Source: Candidatus Pampinifervens sinense
Lineage (GTDB): Bacteria > Aquificota > Aquificia > Aquificales > Aquificaceae
DNA length: 64,000 bases
Reading direction: 5' to 3'
Assembly: GCA_037927135.1 (NCBI GenBank)
Contig: JAXSPP010000006.1
Span: 1-64,000 of the forward strand
The notes below the pieces were generated by a model, which was not told the origin of the DNA, did not search any database, and was given only the letters and a program-made list of their open reading frames with translations. The translations under genes were made by a program, and so were the position numbers. Positions 50,618 to 58,934 of this stretch are shown here, piece by piece. Position 1 is the stretch's first letter. The number at the start of each line of letters is the position of its first letter.

Positions 50618-51655
50618 CTACACCTTATGATCTCTGTCTTTATACAACTCCAGTCCCTTTTCAATGGCAAGAGGTACATCCTTTTCACTTTCAAGGACCA
50701 CACATCTTACCCATGGGTGATAGTGATAAGCAGCGGGAAAGTCCTTTACAAATATGGCTAAAGTGGGAACCCTTAGAGCAACAGACATATGATAGGGACC
50801 ACTGTCGGTGGATATAAAGAGAGAACAGGACCTTATAAGGCCTGGCAATTCAAGTATATCTGTGGATCCTGCAAGGTCGTAGGCGGGCAAAGGGTAATCC
50901 TTGAGAAACTCCTCATTTATATCCTTTTCAAAGGAAGCACCAGTAAGCACAAGTATAGCTCCCGTGCTTTTTTGAATTTCTTCAATCACTTTTCTCAAAA
51001 GCCTTAGGTTGGGTCGCCTCCAAAGGGCATCTGGTGTACCGCATCCTATGTTTAGTCCTATAAGATTGGCTTCCTCTGGAATTCCAAAGCTTTTACGAAA
51101 ATTTTTTCTAAAGCTTACAGCCTCTTCCGTTTCTTCCAGTTCTATGGGTATATTATTCCTCTCTATGCCTAAGGCCTTTAGAACTACAAAATATCTATCG
51201 GTGTAATCGGGAGTTTTAAGCACCTTTCTAGACGGTGGTGATGACATGCTATAAAAGAATCTCCTAAAGGGAATTTCTGCTATGCCCAAGGTTGGGATTT
51301 TGTGCCTTAGGCGTGCGTAAAGGCAGAGTATGGAGCTTTTAAGCCCATGCGGTTCAAAATCTATAATAAAATCTGGTTTTACTATCTTTAGCACTTGTTC
51401 AAATTCTCTTATAAACCTTTTCCAATCCTTTAGGCCCTTTATCCTTTTATCAATAACGTGAAAGGAGGACAGAAGATGATGTTTAGAGATTAACCTTTCG
51501 GAAACATAACCTTTATCCTTTGTAAGGAAAAGAAGGTGTAGATTAGACTCTGGAAACCTATTTTTGAGGGCCCTCCAGCTTGCACTGGCCCTTAACAGGT
51601 CGCCAATACCAGCAGAATGGCCAACTAACATAAGTATTTCCTTAGGCTCTCTCAT
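50618..51655 (-). CDS. Glycosyltransferase family 9 (LPS heptosyltransferase-like)
   Basis: GIGDLL, DLAGSTD, STDSGPYHMS. Confidence 0.88.
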   Translation of the reverse strand: MREPKEILMLVGHSAGIGDLLRASASWRALKNRFPESNLHLLFLTKDKGYVSERLISKHHLLSSFHVIDKRIKGLKDWKRFIREFEQVLKIVKPDFIIDFEPHGLKSSILCLYARLRHKIPTLGIAEIPFRRFFYSMSSPPSRKVLKTPDYTDRYFVVLKALGIERNNIPIELEETEEAVSFRKNFRKSFGIPEEANLIGLNIGCGTPDALWRRPNLRLLRKVIEEIQKSTGAILVLTGASFEKDINEEFLKDYPLPAYDLAGSTDILELPGLIRSCSLFISTDSGPYHMSVALRVPTLAIFVKDFPAAYHYHPWVRCVVLESEKDVPLAIEKGLELYKDRDHKV

Positions 51656-52766
51656 ATCCTTCTATCATTCTAAACCATAAGAAATACAAAGGCAATAAAG
51701 CATCCCAAAAACCTGTAAATAAGGAACCTACAAACATTACGGAAGGCATAAGTAAAAAGGGAATAACCAAAAAGTCTGCAAGTTTGTATCTAAAAACAAA
51801 AGAGTAGTATTTCCAGTATAGCCAAAGAAGGGCCAAAAGGCCCAAAAGGCCCTTTTCTATAAACTCTGATACAAAAAGGATTGATTCATAGCCTACAGCG
51901 GACTCTATATATAGCCCTTCCCTTTCTTCAGGTTTAAGACCATGGCCTATCAAAAGTGGAATAACATTTGCCTCCTTTATATCCCTTTCTATTACCATAA
52001 GACCTGCCCTTAAGTTGGCCCACCTTAGGCTAGATATGGCGTCCAAAGTTTTATTGTCCAGCCTTTCTTGACCAGTAAGAACCTTATAAAAAGCTTGGAA
52101 TCTTGCATCCTTTTTCATAAAGTTATATGAAAAAACTGCGCCTAGTGAGATGGAAAGCAAGGCTATTACCATCATATACCTAAGTTTTATAACACCTCTG
52201 AGTAAAAAGACAAGCAATAGGAGAGTTATGACAAGACCAAGTATGGTGGACCTCCTTAGTGTAAAAAAGACTATTGATATAAACACAAAAAAGGACAAAA
52301 GCCACCAAATCCTTTTCGTTTTTAAGAACAAGGCTAAGGCAGAAAGGCTAAAAAGAGAATAAAAGGTGGCCACTTCAAAGACACCACCCCATATTGGAGC
52401 TATTGTGCCTTTATAATGGTATTTATAAAACACAACCGGTAGCAAAAGAAAGCCGATAAGGTTAAGTATAAGGTTTAACCTATAAAGGTATTTTTCATTA
52501 GCTTTCACTTCGTCACCACCAAAATAAAGGAAAAGAAATACGCTTCTCTCAATGGCTTTGTTCAAAAGGTGTGGTGCGTATATTAAAGTGGAAAGTAAGG
52601 TAGGGATTGCATGAATTAATAATGGTAGAGAAAGTGTACCTTTAAGGCTTTTCTTTTTCCTTATATGAACTACGAATATATAAATTAGTCCAAGGATGAC
52701 CGCACCTTCAAAGATGCTTATTGACAAAAAGGATAGTATGGTAAGTAAAATTACAAAGGAATTCAT
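51642..52766 (-). CDS. O-antigen ligase-like polytopic membrane protein (WaaL/Wzy_C family)
   Basis: Many TM helices, FTLRRS, SSLRW, LIGHG, EKGLLG; next to GT9; ATG 52766 follows TATAAT. Confidence 0.72.
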   Translation of the reverse strand: MNSFVILLTILSFLSISIFEGAVILGLIYIFVVHIRKKKSLKGTLSLPLLIHAIPTLLSTLIYAPHLLNKAIERSVFLFLYFGGDEVKANEKYLYRLNLILNLIGFLLLPVVFYKYHYKGTIAPIWGGVFEVATFYSLFSLSALALFLKTKRIWWLLSFFVFISIVFFTLRRSTILGLVITLLLLVFLLRGVIKLRYMMVIALLSISLGAVFSYNFMKKDARFQAFYKVLTGQERLDNKTLDAISSLRWANLRAGLMVIERDIKEANVIPLLIGHGLKPEEREGLYIESAVGYESILFVSEFIEKGLLGLLALLWLYWKYYSFVFRYKLADFLVIPFLLMPSVMFVGSLFTGFWDALLPLYFLWFRMIEGYERA

Positions 52767-52783
52767 GCTGTTAATTATAAACT

Positions 52784-53593
52784 CTATACGTACTTTAACA
52801 CAGCTTCTTTTACCACCTCGTAAGGAACCTCTAAGCCGGTCCATATTCTAAAGCTCTCCATGCCCTGATATAGGAGCATATCTAGGCCATCCTGAAAAGG
52901 GCAACCTTTTTCCTTGGCCTTTTTCAAAAGGGGAGTCTCTTTGTATATGATGTCCACTACTGTGTGGCTTGGCTCTAAAAGGTCATAATCAAAGAGGGGG
53001 GGATCATCCTCCTTTAATCCGGAGGAGGTAGTATTGACTATAAGTTTAACCTCTTTTAGCACATACTCAGGCCTCTTTACCACTTTACAGCCAAAACTTT
53101 CGCAGAGTTTGTAAGCTTTTTCTATAGTTCTGTTCCACAAAAAAACTTCTGCTTCTTCGCCTTTTAGGGCATAAAGGATGGCCCTTGAGGATCCTCCTGC
53201 GCCAAGGACCAATGTCCTTACGCCTTTCAGGTTTGGCAAAAGCTTCTTTACAGCCTTTAAAAATCCTATCCAATCTGTATTGTAGGCATAGACACCCTCT
53301 TGGGTAAACTTCAGAGTGTTGGCCGCACCTATAGCCTTTGCATGATGGTCTGCAAAATCTGCGAATTCTAGGGCCCTTTCCTTATGGGGTAGGGTCACAT
53401 TCACACCTTTAACACCAAGGGCCTTAAGGCCCTTAAAGGCCGTCTCAAACTCTTCAGGCCTTACCTCAAAGGGAACATAGACAGCGTTTATTGAATGGTA
53501 TTCAAAGGCTCTGTTTTGGAAGACGGGAGAAAGAGAATGTTTGATAGGATAGCCTATTACGCCATAGACTTCCGTTTTGCCATCAAGGTTCAT
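52784..53593 (-). CDS. aroE: Shikimate dehydrogenase
   Basis: HSLSP, NVTLPHK, NTD, LGAGG, GLDMLLYQG. Confidence 0.96.
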   Translation of the reverse strand: MNLDGKTEVYGVIGYPIKHSLSPVFQNRAFEYHSINAVYVPFEVRPEEFETAFKGLKALGVKGVNVTLPHKERALEFADFADHHAKAIGAANTLKFTQEGVYAYNTDWIGFLKAVKKLLPNLKGVRTLVLGAGGSSRAILYALKGEEAEVFLWNRTIEKAYKLCESFGCKVVKRPEYVLKEVKLIVNTTSSGLKEDDPPLFDYDLLEPSHTVVDIIYKETPLLKKAKEKGCPFQDGLDMLLYQGMESFRIWTGLEVPYEVVKEAVLKYV

Positions 53594-53841
53594 CCTATTT
53601 GGTACTTGGGTTGGAGGATCTCCACCTTTTTGACCCAGCTGAGGTTGCCCTTAATGGCCATATCTACCACATTCTTTAAGCTTACGTCCACTATGGGGCA
53701 GTCCGTGCATCCTCCTTCAAATTGTAGATACACTTCGCCTTCTCTTATGTCCACCACCTTTAGATTGCCATGATGATCTTTTAAAGCTGGTCTTATCTTC
53801 TCAAGTATAGCTTCTACTTCTCTTAGTTCTTTTTCTTCCAT
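53590..53841 (-). CDS. NifU C-terminal (Nfu-type) Fe-S carrier domain protein
   Basis: IRPALKDHHGN, GGCTDCP CxxC. Confidence 0.85.
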   Translation of the reverse strand: MEEKELREVEAILEKIRPALKDHHGNLKVVDIREGEVYLQFEGGCTDCPIVDVSLKNVVDMAIKGNLSWVKKVEILQPKYQIG

Positions 53842-53843
53842 AG

Positions 53844-54080
53844 CTATGCCTCCGACCTTCTATATAAATCTTGTATCTCTTGCCAAAGATTTCCCTGAGC
53901 TTCCTCATCCAAATCCATCAACCTACAAAAACCTTTTAAGGTAAGCTTATCTACAACCACATCCTCTATATCCTCTTCCACCAGCTTTGAATAGCCATAC
54001 TTCATGAGCACTTCCCTCGCTTTTGGCACCTTCTTAAACAGGTCTGTTAGTTTTATATCAATCGTTAGCCTTTCCTTCAT
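53844..54080 (-). CDS. Small hypothetical protein (DUF1858-like)
   Basis: 78 aa, pattern I..L....P.A.EVL..YG; coupled in the operon. Confidence 0.55.
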   Translation of the reverse strand: MKERLTIDIKLTDLFKKVPKAREVLMKYGYSKLVEEDIEDVVVDKLTLKGFCRLMDLDEEAQGNLWQEIQDLYRRSEA

Positions 54081-54328
54081 AGCTCCTTAACCTTTTTCAC
54101 AAAAAGATGATATTCACCGTCCTCTTCGTACATACCTAAAAACTCCTGACCTGTAGCCTTGCACCATGCAGGTATATCCTCTACAACACCCGGATCATCC
54201 GCTATGAGTTCAAGCACTTGCCCAATTTGCATACTTTTAATCATCCTTGCCGTCTCTGCCACCGGTACAGGGCAAAAAGTGCCTACCACATCGTGCACCA
54301 CATCTGGTTTTATATCCTCAAGCTTCAT
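54077..54328 (-). CDS. tusA: TusA/SirA-family sulfur carrier
   Basis: DVVGTFCPVP, ADDPG..DIPAWC. Confidence 0.88.
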   Translation of the reverse strand: MKLEDIKPDVVHDVVGTFCPVPVAETARMIKSMQIGQVLELIADDPGVVEDIPAWCKATGQEFLGMYEEDGEYHLFVKKVKEL

Positions 54329-54329
54329 C

Positions 54330-55364
54330 CTACTGCCCCCTCTTGCTATATATTTTAAGAGATTCAATCAAGCCTTCTTCCACAGGCTCACCCCATAGGC
54401 AAACCTCTTTACCTTCAAGGCTTATGGTCACTTCACAGGGCTGGTTCTTTGAATACCTTGCCACAATATCCGCTATAAGCTTGAGATCCTCCTCCTTAGG
54501 GCTTCCCTTTATAAGGGCAAAAGTACCCTTCCCATCCTTCCTGTATGCATAGTTATACCTATTTCTGAACTCTTTAAGGAACCTTACCTCACCTTCGTTC
54601 CTTGCAATTATAAGCTTTACTCCGGAAGGAAGGCGAAGGTGCCTTCCTACTGCAAAGAGTATAAGATCATCCCTTGTTATTAGACCTTCATGCTGTAATG
54701 CCTCTTTAAACCTAGAGGCGTAGTTTTCATCCGTAAGGTAGCAACAGCCTCCAGCGGGCTGTTCATACTCAAGCCCATACTTCTGTGCCAACGCTATCTG
54801 CCTTTTCCTACTCCTTCCCTTTATATCCAAAAGCTTACTTCTGTCCACCCAGCCAAGCTTTTCTGGAATGGTTTCTGGTAAGAGCTTTGCGGAAAGAGGT
54901 CTTAAAACGTAGCCTTCAAGCCCAGCCTCCTTCTCTATAAGCATCAACCTTTCAAAGGTTTGGCTCATGGGCCTTTGGCCTAAAACTTCACCGGTCACCA
55001 AAAAGTGATAGCCTTCCCTTTCCATTATCTCCTTAGCCTTTTTAAACATAAATATCCTACAGTCTACGCAGGGATTGACGTTCTTTCCGTAGCCATACTT
55101 AGGGTTAAGGATGATGTCAAAGTACTCTTGAGATATATCTACTATCTCTAGGGGAACTTGGAGCTGGGCTGCTGCTTTCAAAGCAGGATTCACATAAGGC
55201 GATCCGTCTTCTCTCTTCAGGCCAAGGCGCCTCTTGTGTTCTGTGATACAAAAGCCCGTGTAGAAGTGTATGGCCTTGATTTCTACGCCTTGGTCCTGAA
55301 GGAGGCGGATCGCTAAAGAGCTATCAAGCCCTCCTGAGAGTAAAGCAACAGCCCTTACCCTCAT
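54330..55364 (-). CDS. PP-loop tRNA sulfurtransferase-like protein (ThiI/MnmA-related, DUF814-type C-terminus, no THUMP)
   Basis: LLSGGLDS PP-loop, NPCVDC, TGEVLGQRPMSQ, PAGGCC, GRHLRL. Confidence 0.75.
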   Translation of the reverse strand: MRVRAVALLSGGLDSSLAIRLLQDQGVEIKAIHFYTGFCITEHKRRLGLKREDGSPYVNPALKAAAQLQVPLEIVDISQEYFDIILNPKYGYGKNVNPCVDCRIFMFKKAKEIMEREGYHFLVTGEVLGQRPMSQTFERLMLIEKEAGLEGYVLRPLSAKLLPETIPEKLGWVDRSKLLDIKGRSRKRQIALAQKYGLEYEQPAGGCCYLTDENYASRFKEALQHEGLITRDDLILFAVGRHLRLPSGVKLIIARNEGEVRFLKEFRNRYNYAYRKDGKGTFALIKGSPKEEDLKLIADIVARYSKNQPCEVTISLEGKEVCLWGEPVEEGLIESLKIYSKRGQ

Positions 55365-55822
55365 GTGGACAAGAATTCAAACTCCCTGCTTTCTTCCTCT
55401 TCCTCTTCGTAGCAATCGGGTATGCGCATAGCCTCTTCTATCCTTCCTTGCTTGAGAAGGTAGTCCTTTATGGCCACATGGAGTGTTTCAAGTCCAAGGT
55501 TTGTGCAGTGGATCTTTTGTGGTGGAAGGCCACCTAACTCTTCAAAGATGTCCTTGTAGGTGAGGCTAAGGGCATAGCTTATAGGCTTGCCCTTTACCAT
55601 CTCGGTTAGCTGAGAAGATACAGCAATGGCAGAACCACAGCCAAAGGTCTTAAACCTCACATCCTCTATTATATCAGTCTCTGGATTTATCTTAAGGGTA
55701 AAGAGCATAGCATCTCCACAGGCTGGATTACCGCATTGGCCTATGCCGTTAGCATCCTCAAGCACACCCACATTACGTGGGTTCAAAAAGTGATCCAAAA
55801 CCTTCTCACTGTATTCAAACAT
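55361..55822 (-). CDS. iscU: Fe-S scaffold IscU
   Basis: YSEKVLDHFLNPRNVG, GNPACGD, FKTFGCGSAIA, LPPQKIHC; AAGGAGGT RBS. Confidence 0.95.
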   Translation of the reverse strand: MFEYSEKVLDHFLNPRNVGVLEDANGIGQCGNPACGDAMLFTLKINPETDIIEDVRFKTFGCGSAIAVSSQLTEMVKGKPISYALSLTYKDIFEELGGLPPQKIHCTNLGLETLHVAIKDYLLKQGRIEEAMRIPDCYEEEEEESREFEFLST

Positions 55823-55858
55823 GTCAATCACCTCCTTTCAAGGTTATTTCTATGTATA

Positions 55859-55900
55859 ATTATCTTTTTCAAAGATAGGACTTGCTATGACCTTTATCAA
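55859..55900 (-). promoter_or_regulatory. FNR/DNR-like box and -10 element upstream of the iscU operon
   Basis: TTGAT-AAAG-GTCAT (55900-55887), 8/10 match to TTGAT-N4-ATCAA; GATAAT at 55864-55859 gives class II (-41.5) geometry. Confidence 0.5.
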
Positions 55901-55909
55901 AGATATAGC

Positions 55910-56596
55910 TTATAAGTAGCTCTCCACTATATGCCTGAAGGTATTGCTAAGTCTGTGATCTTCTCCATCTAACTCCAGATACTCTTTTACCCTTACTTTG
56001 CTTGTAAAAAGTCTTGAATAATCTACTGGCACTACCTCGTCCTTTGTACCATGAAAGATGTAAATCTGGTATGGAACCTCTGCAGGAAAGCGCACCTCCT
56101 GTCCGGATATGATCTCATAACCTTTCTCTAATATATCCACTGCAAAGTCTTTATTTATAAGAAGCTCAAGACCGCTTTCACACTCGCTTATCTTCAAATC
56201 CTCCTTTCCTTCAAGCCAATTTTTGCATCTTTCTTCACCGACCTCCCTTATGGTAAGGTATAGGGTGGAGTAGGAAGGGGCAAAAAGGAAGACCTTTGAG
56301 ACCTTATTGGGCATGCATAGCTTGAGGTAATTTAGTATAACATAGGCTCCATGGGAGCTGCCAGAAAGCCAAATTTCTTCAAACTTTTGAGAAAAGCCCT
56401 TTATAAGAACATCCAATACTTCAACGGCTTTTGTAGTGGTGGTAGTGTGATAATCCATATCCATGGCAAAGAAGGAAAATCTGCCTTTCAGAGACCTCTC
56501 TCTCAAAAGGGCTACTTTACTTCCCGATACATTGCTTGCAAAGCCATGGAGGTGTATTAAAATAAGCTGAGGGTTGGAAGTCTCGTAGATGAACAT
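55910..56596 (-). CDS. Alpha/beta hydrolase (YqiA/YcfP-like esterase)
   Basis: HLHGFAS, GSSHG nucleophile elbow, FHGTKDEVV, EDHRL. Confidence 0.85.
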   Translation of the reverse strand: MFIYETSNPQLILIHLHGFASNVSGSKVALLRERSLKGRFSFFAMDMDYHTTTTTKAVEVLDVLIKGFSQKFEEIWLSGSSHGAYVILNYLKLCMPNKVSKVFLFAPSYSTLYLTIREVGEERCKNWLEGKEDLKISECESGLELLINKDFAVDILEKGYEIISGQEVRFPAEVPYQIYIFHGTKDEVVPVDYSRLFTSKVRVKEYLELDGEDHRLSNTFRHIVESYL

Positions 56597-57168
56597 AAGG
56601 GAAATTATATACGACCTAGAGCTTAGAAGAAAGCTATTCCACATATTTGCTCTCATGCTCTGGCTTTTACCCATAGCCTTTTTCCCAAAGCACCTTACCC
56701 TAATCCTCTTTTTGTTTGTACTTAGCGTAAATCTTTTAACAGTTATGGGCTTCTGGAAAGAAAGGCTTCACTTCTACTACAGCCTTATCTATAAACTTGA
56801 GAGGGAAAGGAACTATTTGAGGCCTAGCATTCAGGCCCTTTGGGCCAATTTGGGCATCTTTTTGAGCTTTTTAATCTTTTGGAAGGGAAGCTTCCATGGT
56901 TGGTGTGGTAGTGTTGGCAATAGGGGACGCCTTTTCAGGTTTGATAGGCCTTAGGCTTGGTAAAAGAAAAGTATGGGGGAAGAGTGTGGAAGGTTCTTTG
57001 GCCTTTTTCTTTTCTACCTTTGTGGTGCTTGCACCCTTTATAGGAACTTGGAAGGCCTTCCTTATCTCCTTTATTTCTTCTCTTGTGGAACTTTTTTCTT
57101 CAAGGCTTGATGATAACTTCACCGTACCTTTGACTGCCAGCCTTCTTTATAAGATACTTGTGCTATAA
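56589..57168 (+). pseudogene. Dolichol/phytol kinase-like (CTP-dependent) membrane protein, frameshifted by an extra T at 56877-56880
   Basis: ELRRKLFH in the first ORF, GDAFSGLIG, KSVEGS and DDNFTVP in the second; removing one T gives continuous LIFGREASMVG. Confidence 0.75.
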
Positions 57169-57309
57169 TTCTAAGCTAAGGGGAAAGGCCATGGCTTTCC
57201 CAAAATGCCGCCTGCTGGGGAGTTGGGAAAGCCTAAAAAGAAGGGCGGGATACAAATACCCCAGCCCAAGCTGTACCAAAAGGTACAGTTTGGTCAAGAA
57301 GGCTAAAGT
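57161..57309 (+). ncRNA. Candidate structured cis-regulatory 5' leader of aroA' (with extended -10 promoter)
   Basis: TGcTATAAT 57161-69; GC-rich segment with 11-bp and 12-bp stems and mutually exclusive pairings. Confidence 0.55.
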
Positions 57310-57313
57310 ATGA
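57191..57313 (+). CDS. Possible 40-aa leader peptide (uORF) coupled to aroA'
   Basis: [40 protein letters not shown]; its stop overlaps the aroA' start (ATGA). Confidence 0.3.
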   Translation: MAFPKCRLLGSWESLKRRAGYKYPSPSCTKRYSLVKKAKV

Positions 57314-58101
57314 ACCTTGGAAAGATACTTAGGCTTGAAAGGCTTATGAACAGAGATACCGGAAAGACCATAATAGTGCCTATGGACCATGGAGTTAGCT
57401 CTGGACCTATAGAGGGTATAGAGAACATAAGGAAGGCTGTGGAGGATGTAGCGGAAGGTGGTGCTAATGCGGTGGTCCTTCACAAGGGCATGGTAAGGGC
57501 TGGACATAGGGGAAGGGGAAGGGACATCGGGCTTATAGTGCACCTTTCTGCCTCCACCGACTGGGCTCCCACAAGGAACGATAAGGTGCTCGTTTGCACA
57601 GTAGAAGAGGCTATAAAGCTTGGTGCGGATGGTGTATCCATACATGTGAATATAGGCGCAGATATGGAAAGGGAAATGCTAAGAGACTTTGGGTATGTGG
57701 CAAGGGTATGTGAAGAATGGGGTATGCCTCTGCTTGCCATGGTATACGGTAGGGGGAAGGATATGAACCAGTATGATCCAAAGGTTGTAGCCCATTGTGC
57801 AAGGCTAGGTGCAGAACTAGGGGCGGACATAGTAAAGGTTCCATATACAGGAGATCCAGAGAGCTTTGCAAAGGTTGTAGAAGGCTGTCCCATACCGGTG
57901 GTAATAGCCGGTGGGCCAAAGATGAAAACGGAAAGGGAAGTGCTTGAGATGGTCTATGGAGCCATAAAGGCAGGAGCAAAGGGCCTATCCATAGGAAGGA
58001 ACGTCTTTCAGGCAAGGGATAGGGTAAAAATGGTCAGAGCCTTAAGCCTTATAGTGCATGAGGGCAAAAGTGTGGAAGAAGCGATGAAAATACTTGAATA
58101 A
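57310..58101 (+). CDS. aroA': 2-amino-3,7-dideoxy-D-threo-hept-6-ulosonate (ADH) synthase, class I aldolase (MJ0400/DhnA family)
   Basis: [62 protein letters not shown]. Confidence 0.85.
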   Translation: MNLGKILRLERLMNRDTGKTIIVPMDHGVSSGPIEGIENIRKAVEDVAEGGANAVVLHKGMVRAGHRGRGRDIGLIVHLSASTDWAPTRNDKVLVCTVEEAIKLGADGVSIHVNIGADMEREMLRDFGYVARVCEEWGMPLLAMVYGRGKDMNQYDPKVVAHCARLGAELGADIVKVPYTGDPESFAKVVEGCPIPVVIAGGPKMKTEREVLEMVYGAIKAGAKGLSIGRNVFQARDRVKMVRALSLIVHEGKSVEEAMKILE

Positions 58102-58112
58102 AGGAGGGTTTT

Positions 58113-58934
58113 ATGGGTCTTTTGGAAGGGAAAAGGGCTCTTATAATGGGAGTGGCCAACGAAAGGAGCATAGCCTATGGTATAGCAAAAGCCTTCAAAA
58201 GAGAAGGTGCGGAGCTTGCCTTTACCTACGCCAACGAGAAGCTAAAAAAGAGGGTGGAAGAGATAGCTCAGGAGCTAGGTTCTAACCTTACCTTTGAATG
58301 TGATGTTTCAAAGGACGAACATATAAAGGGACTCTATGATTGGCTCTCTAAGACCTGGGGAAGCCTTGACATAATAGTGCATTCTATCGCTTATGCGCCA
58401 AAGGAGGAGTTCAAAGGTGGTGTTATAGACACATCAAGGGAAGGCTTTAAGATAGCTATGGACATATCCGTCTATTCTCTTATAGCCATTACAAGGGAGC
58501 TCTTGCCCCTTATGGAAGGAAGGGAAGGATCCATAATTACCCTCTCTTACTATGGGGCGGAAAAGGTGGTGCCACACTACAACGTGATGGGTATAGCAAA
58601 GGCAGCCCTGGAGTGTACTGTAAGATATTTGGCCTACGATATAGCAAAGTATGGCCATAGGATAAACGCCATATCCGCTGGACCCATAAAGACTTTGGCA
58701 GCCTACAGCATAACAGGCTTCCACCTTCTTATGGAGCATACCATAAAGGTAAACCCCTTTGGAAGGGCCATAACCATAGATGAGGTGGGAGACACGGCCG
58801 TATTTCTGTGTAGCCCTTGGGCAAGGGCCATAACGGGAGAGGTAATACACGTAGATAATGGCTACCACATAATGGGTGTTTTTGGAAGGGAGGAGGAGAT
58901 AAGGAAGGAGGTTTTTGGAGAAAATAAAGAATGA
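58113..58934 (+). CDS. fabI: Enoyl-ACP reductase (NADH)
   Basis: GVANERSIAYGIA, HSIAYAP, YNVMGIAKAALE, ISAGPIKTLAA. Confidence 0.97.
   Translation: MGLLEGKRALIMGVANERSIAYGIAKAFKREGAELAFTYANEKLKKRVEEIAQELGSNLTFECDVSKDEHIKGLYDWLSKTWGSLDIIVHSIAYAPKEEFKGGVIDTSREGFKIAMDISVYSLIAITRELLPLMEGREGSIITLSYYGAEKVVPHYNVMGIAKAALECTVRYLAYDIAKYGHRINAISAGPIKTLAAYSITGFHLLMEHTIKVNPFGRAITIDEVGDTAVFLCSPWARAITGEVIHVDNGYHIMGVFGREEEIRKEVFGENKE

Noticed and set aside
51829-51856. Tandem GGCCCAAAAGGCCC hairpin-like repeat resembling the cox terminator
   Set aside because: Lies inside the waaL-like CDS and simply encodes GLLGLLAL
57176-57309. Identification of the aroA' leader as a T-box, THF riboswitch, 6S, SRP or RNase P RNA
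   Set aside because: Lacks the T-box antiterminator sequence and the SRP and RNase P conserved motifs, and is not a 6S-like rod; only a short TGGGGAGTTG resemblance to THF riboswitches without the rest of the consensus
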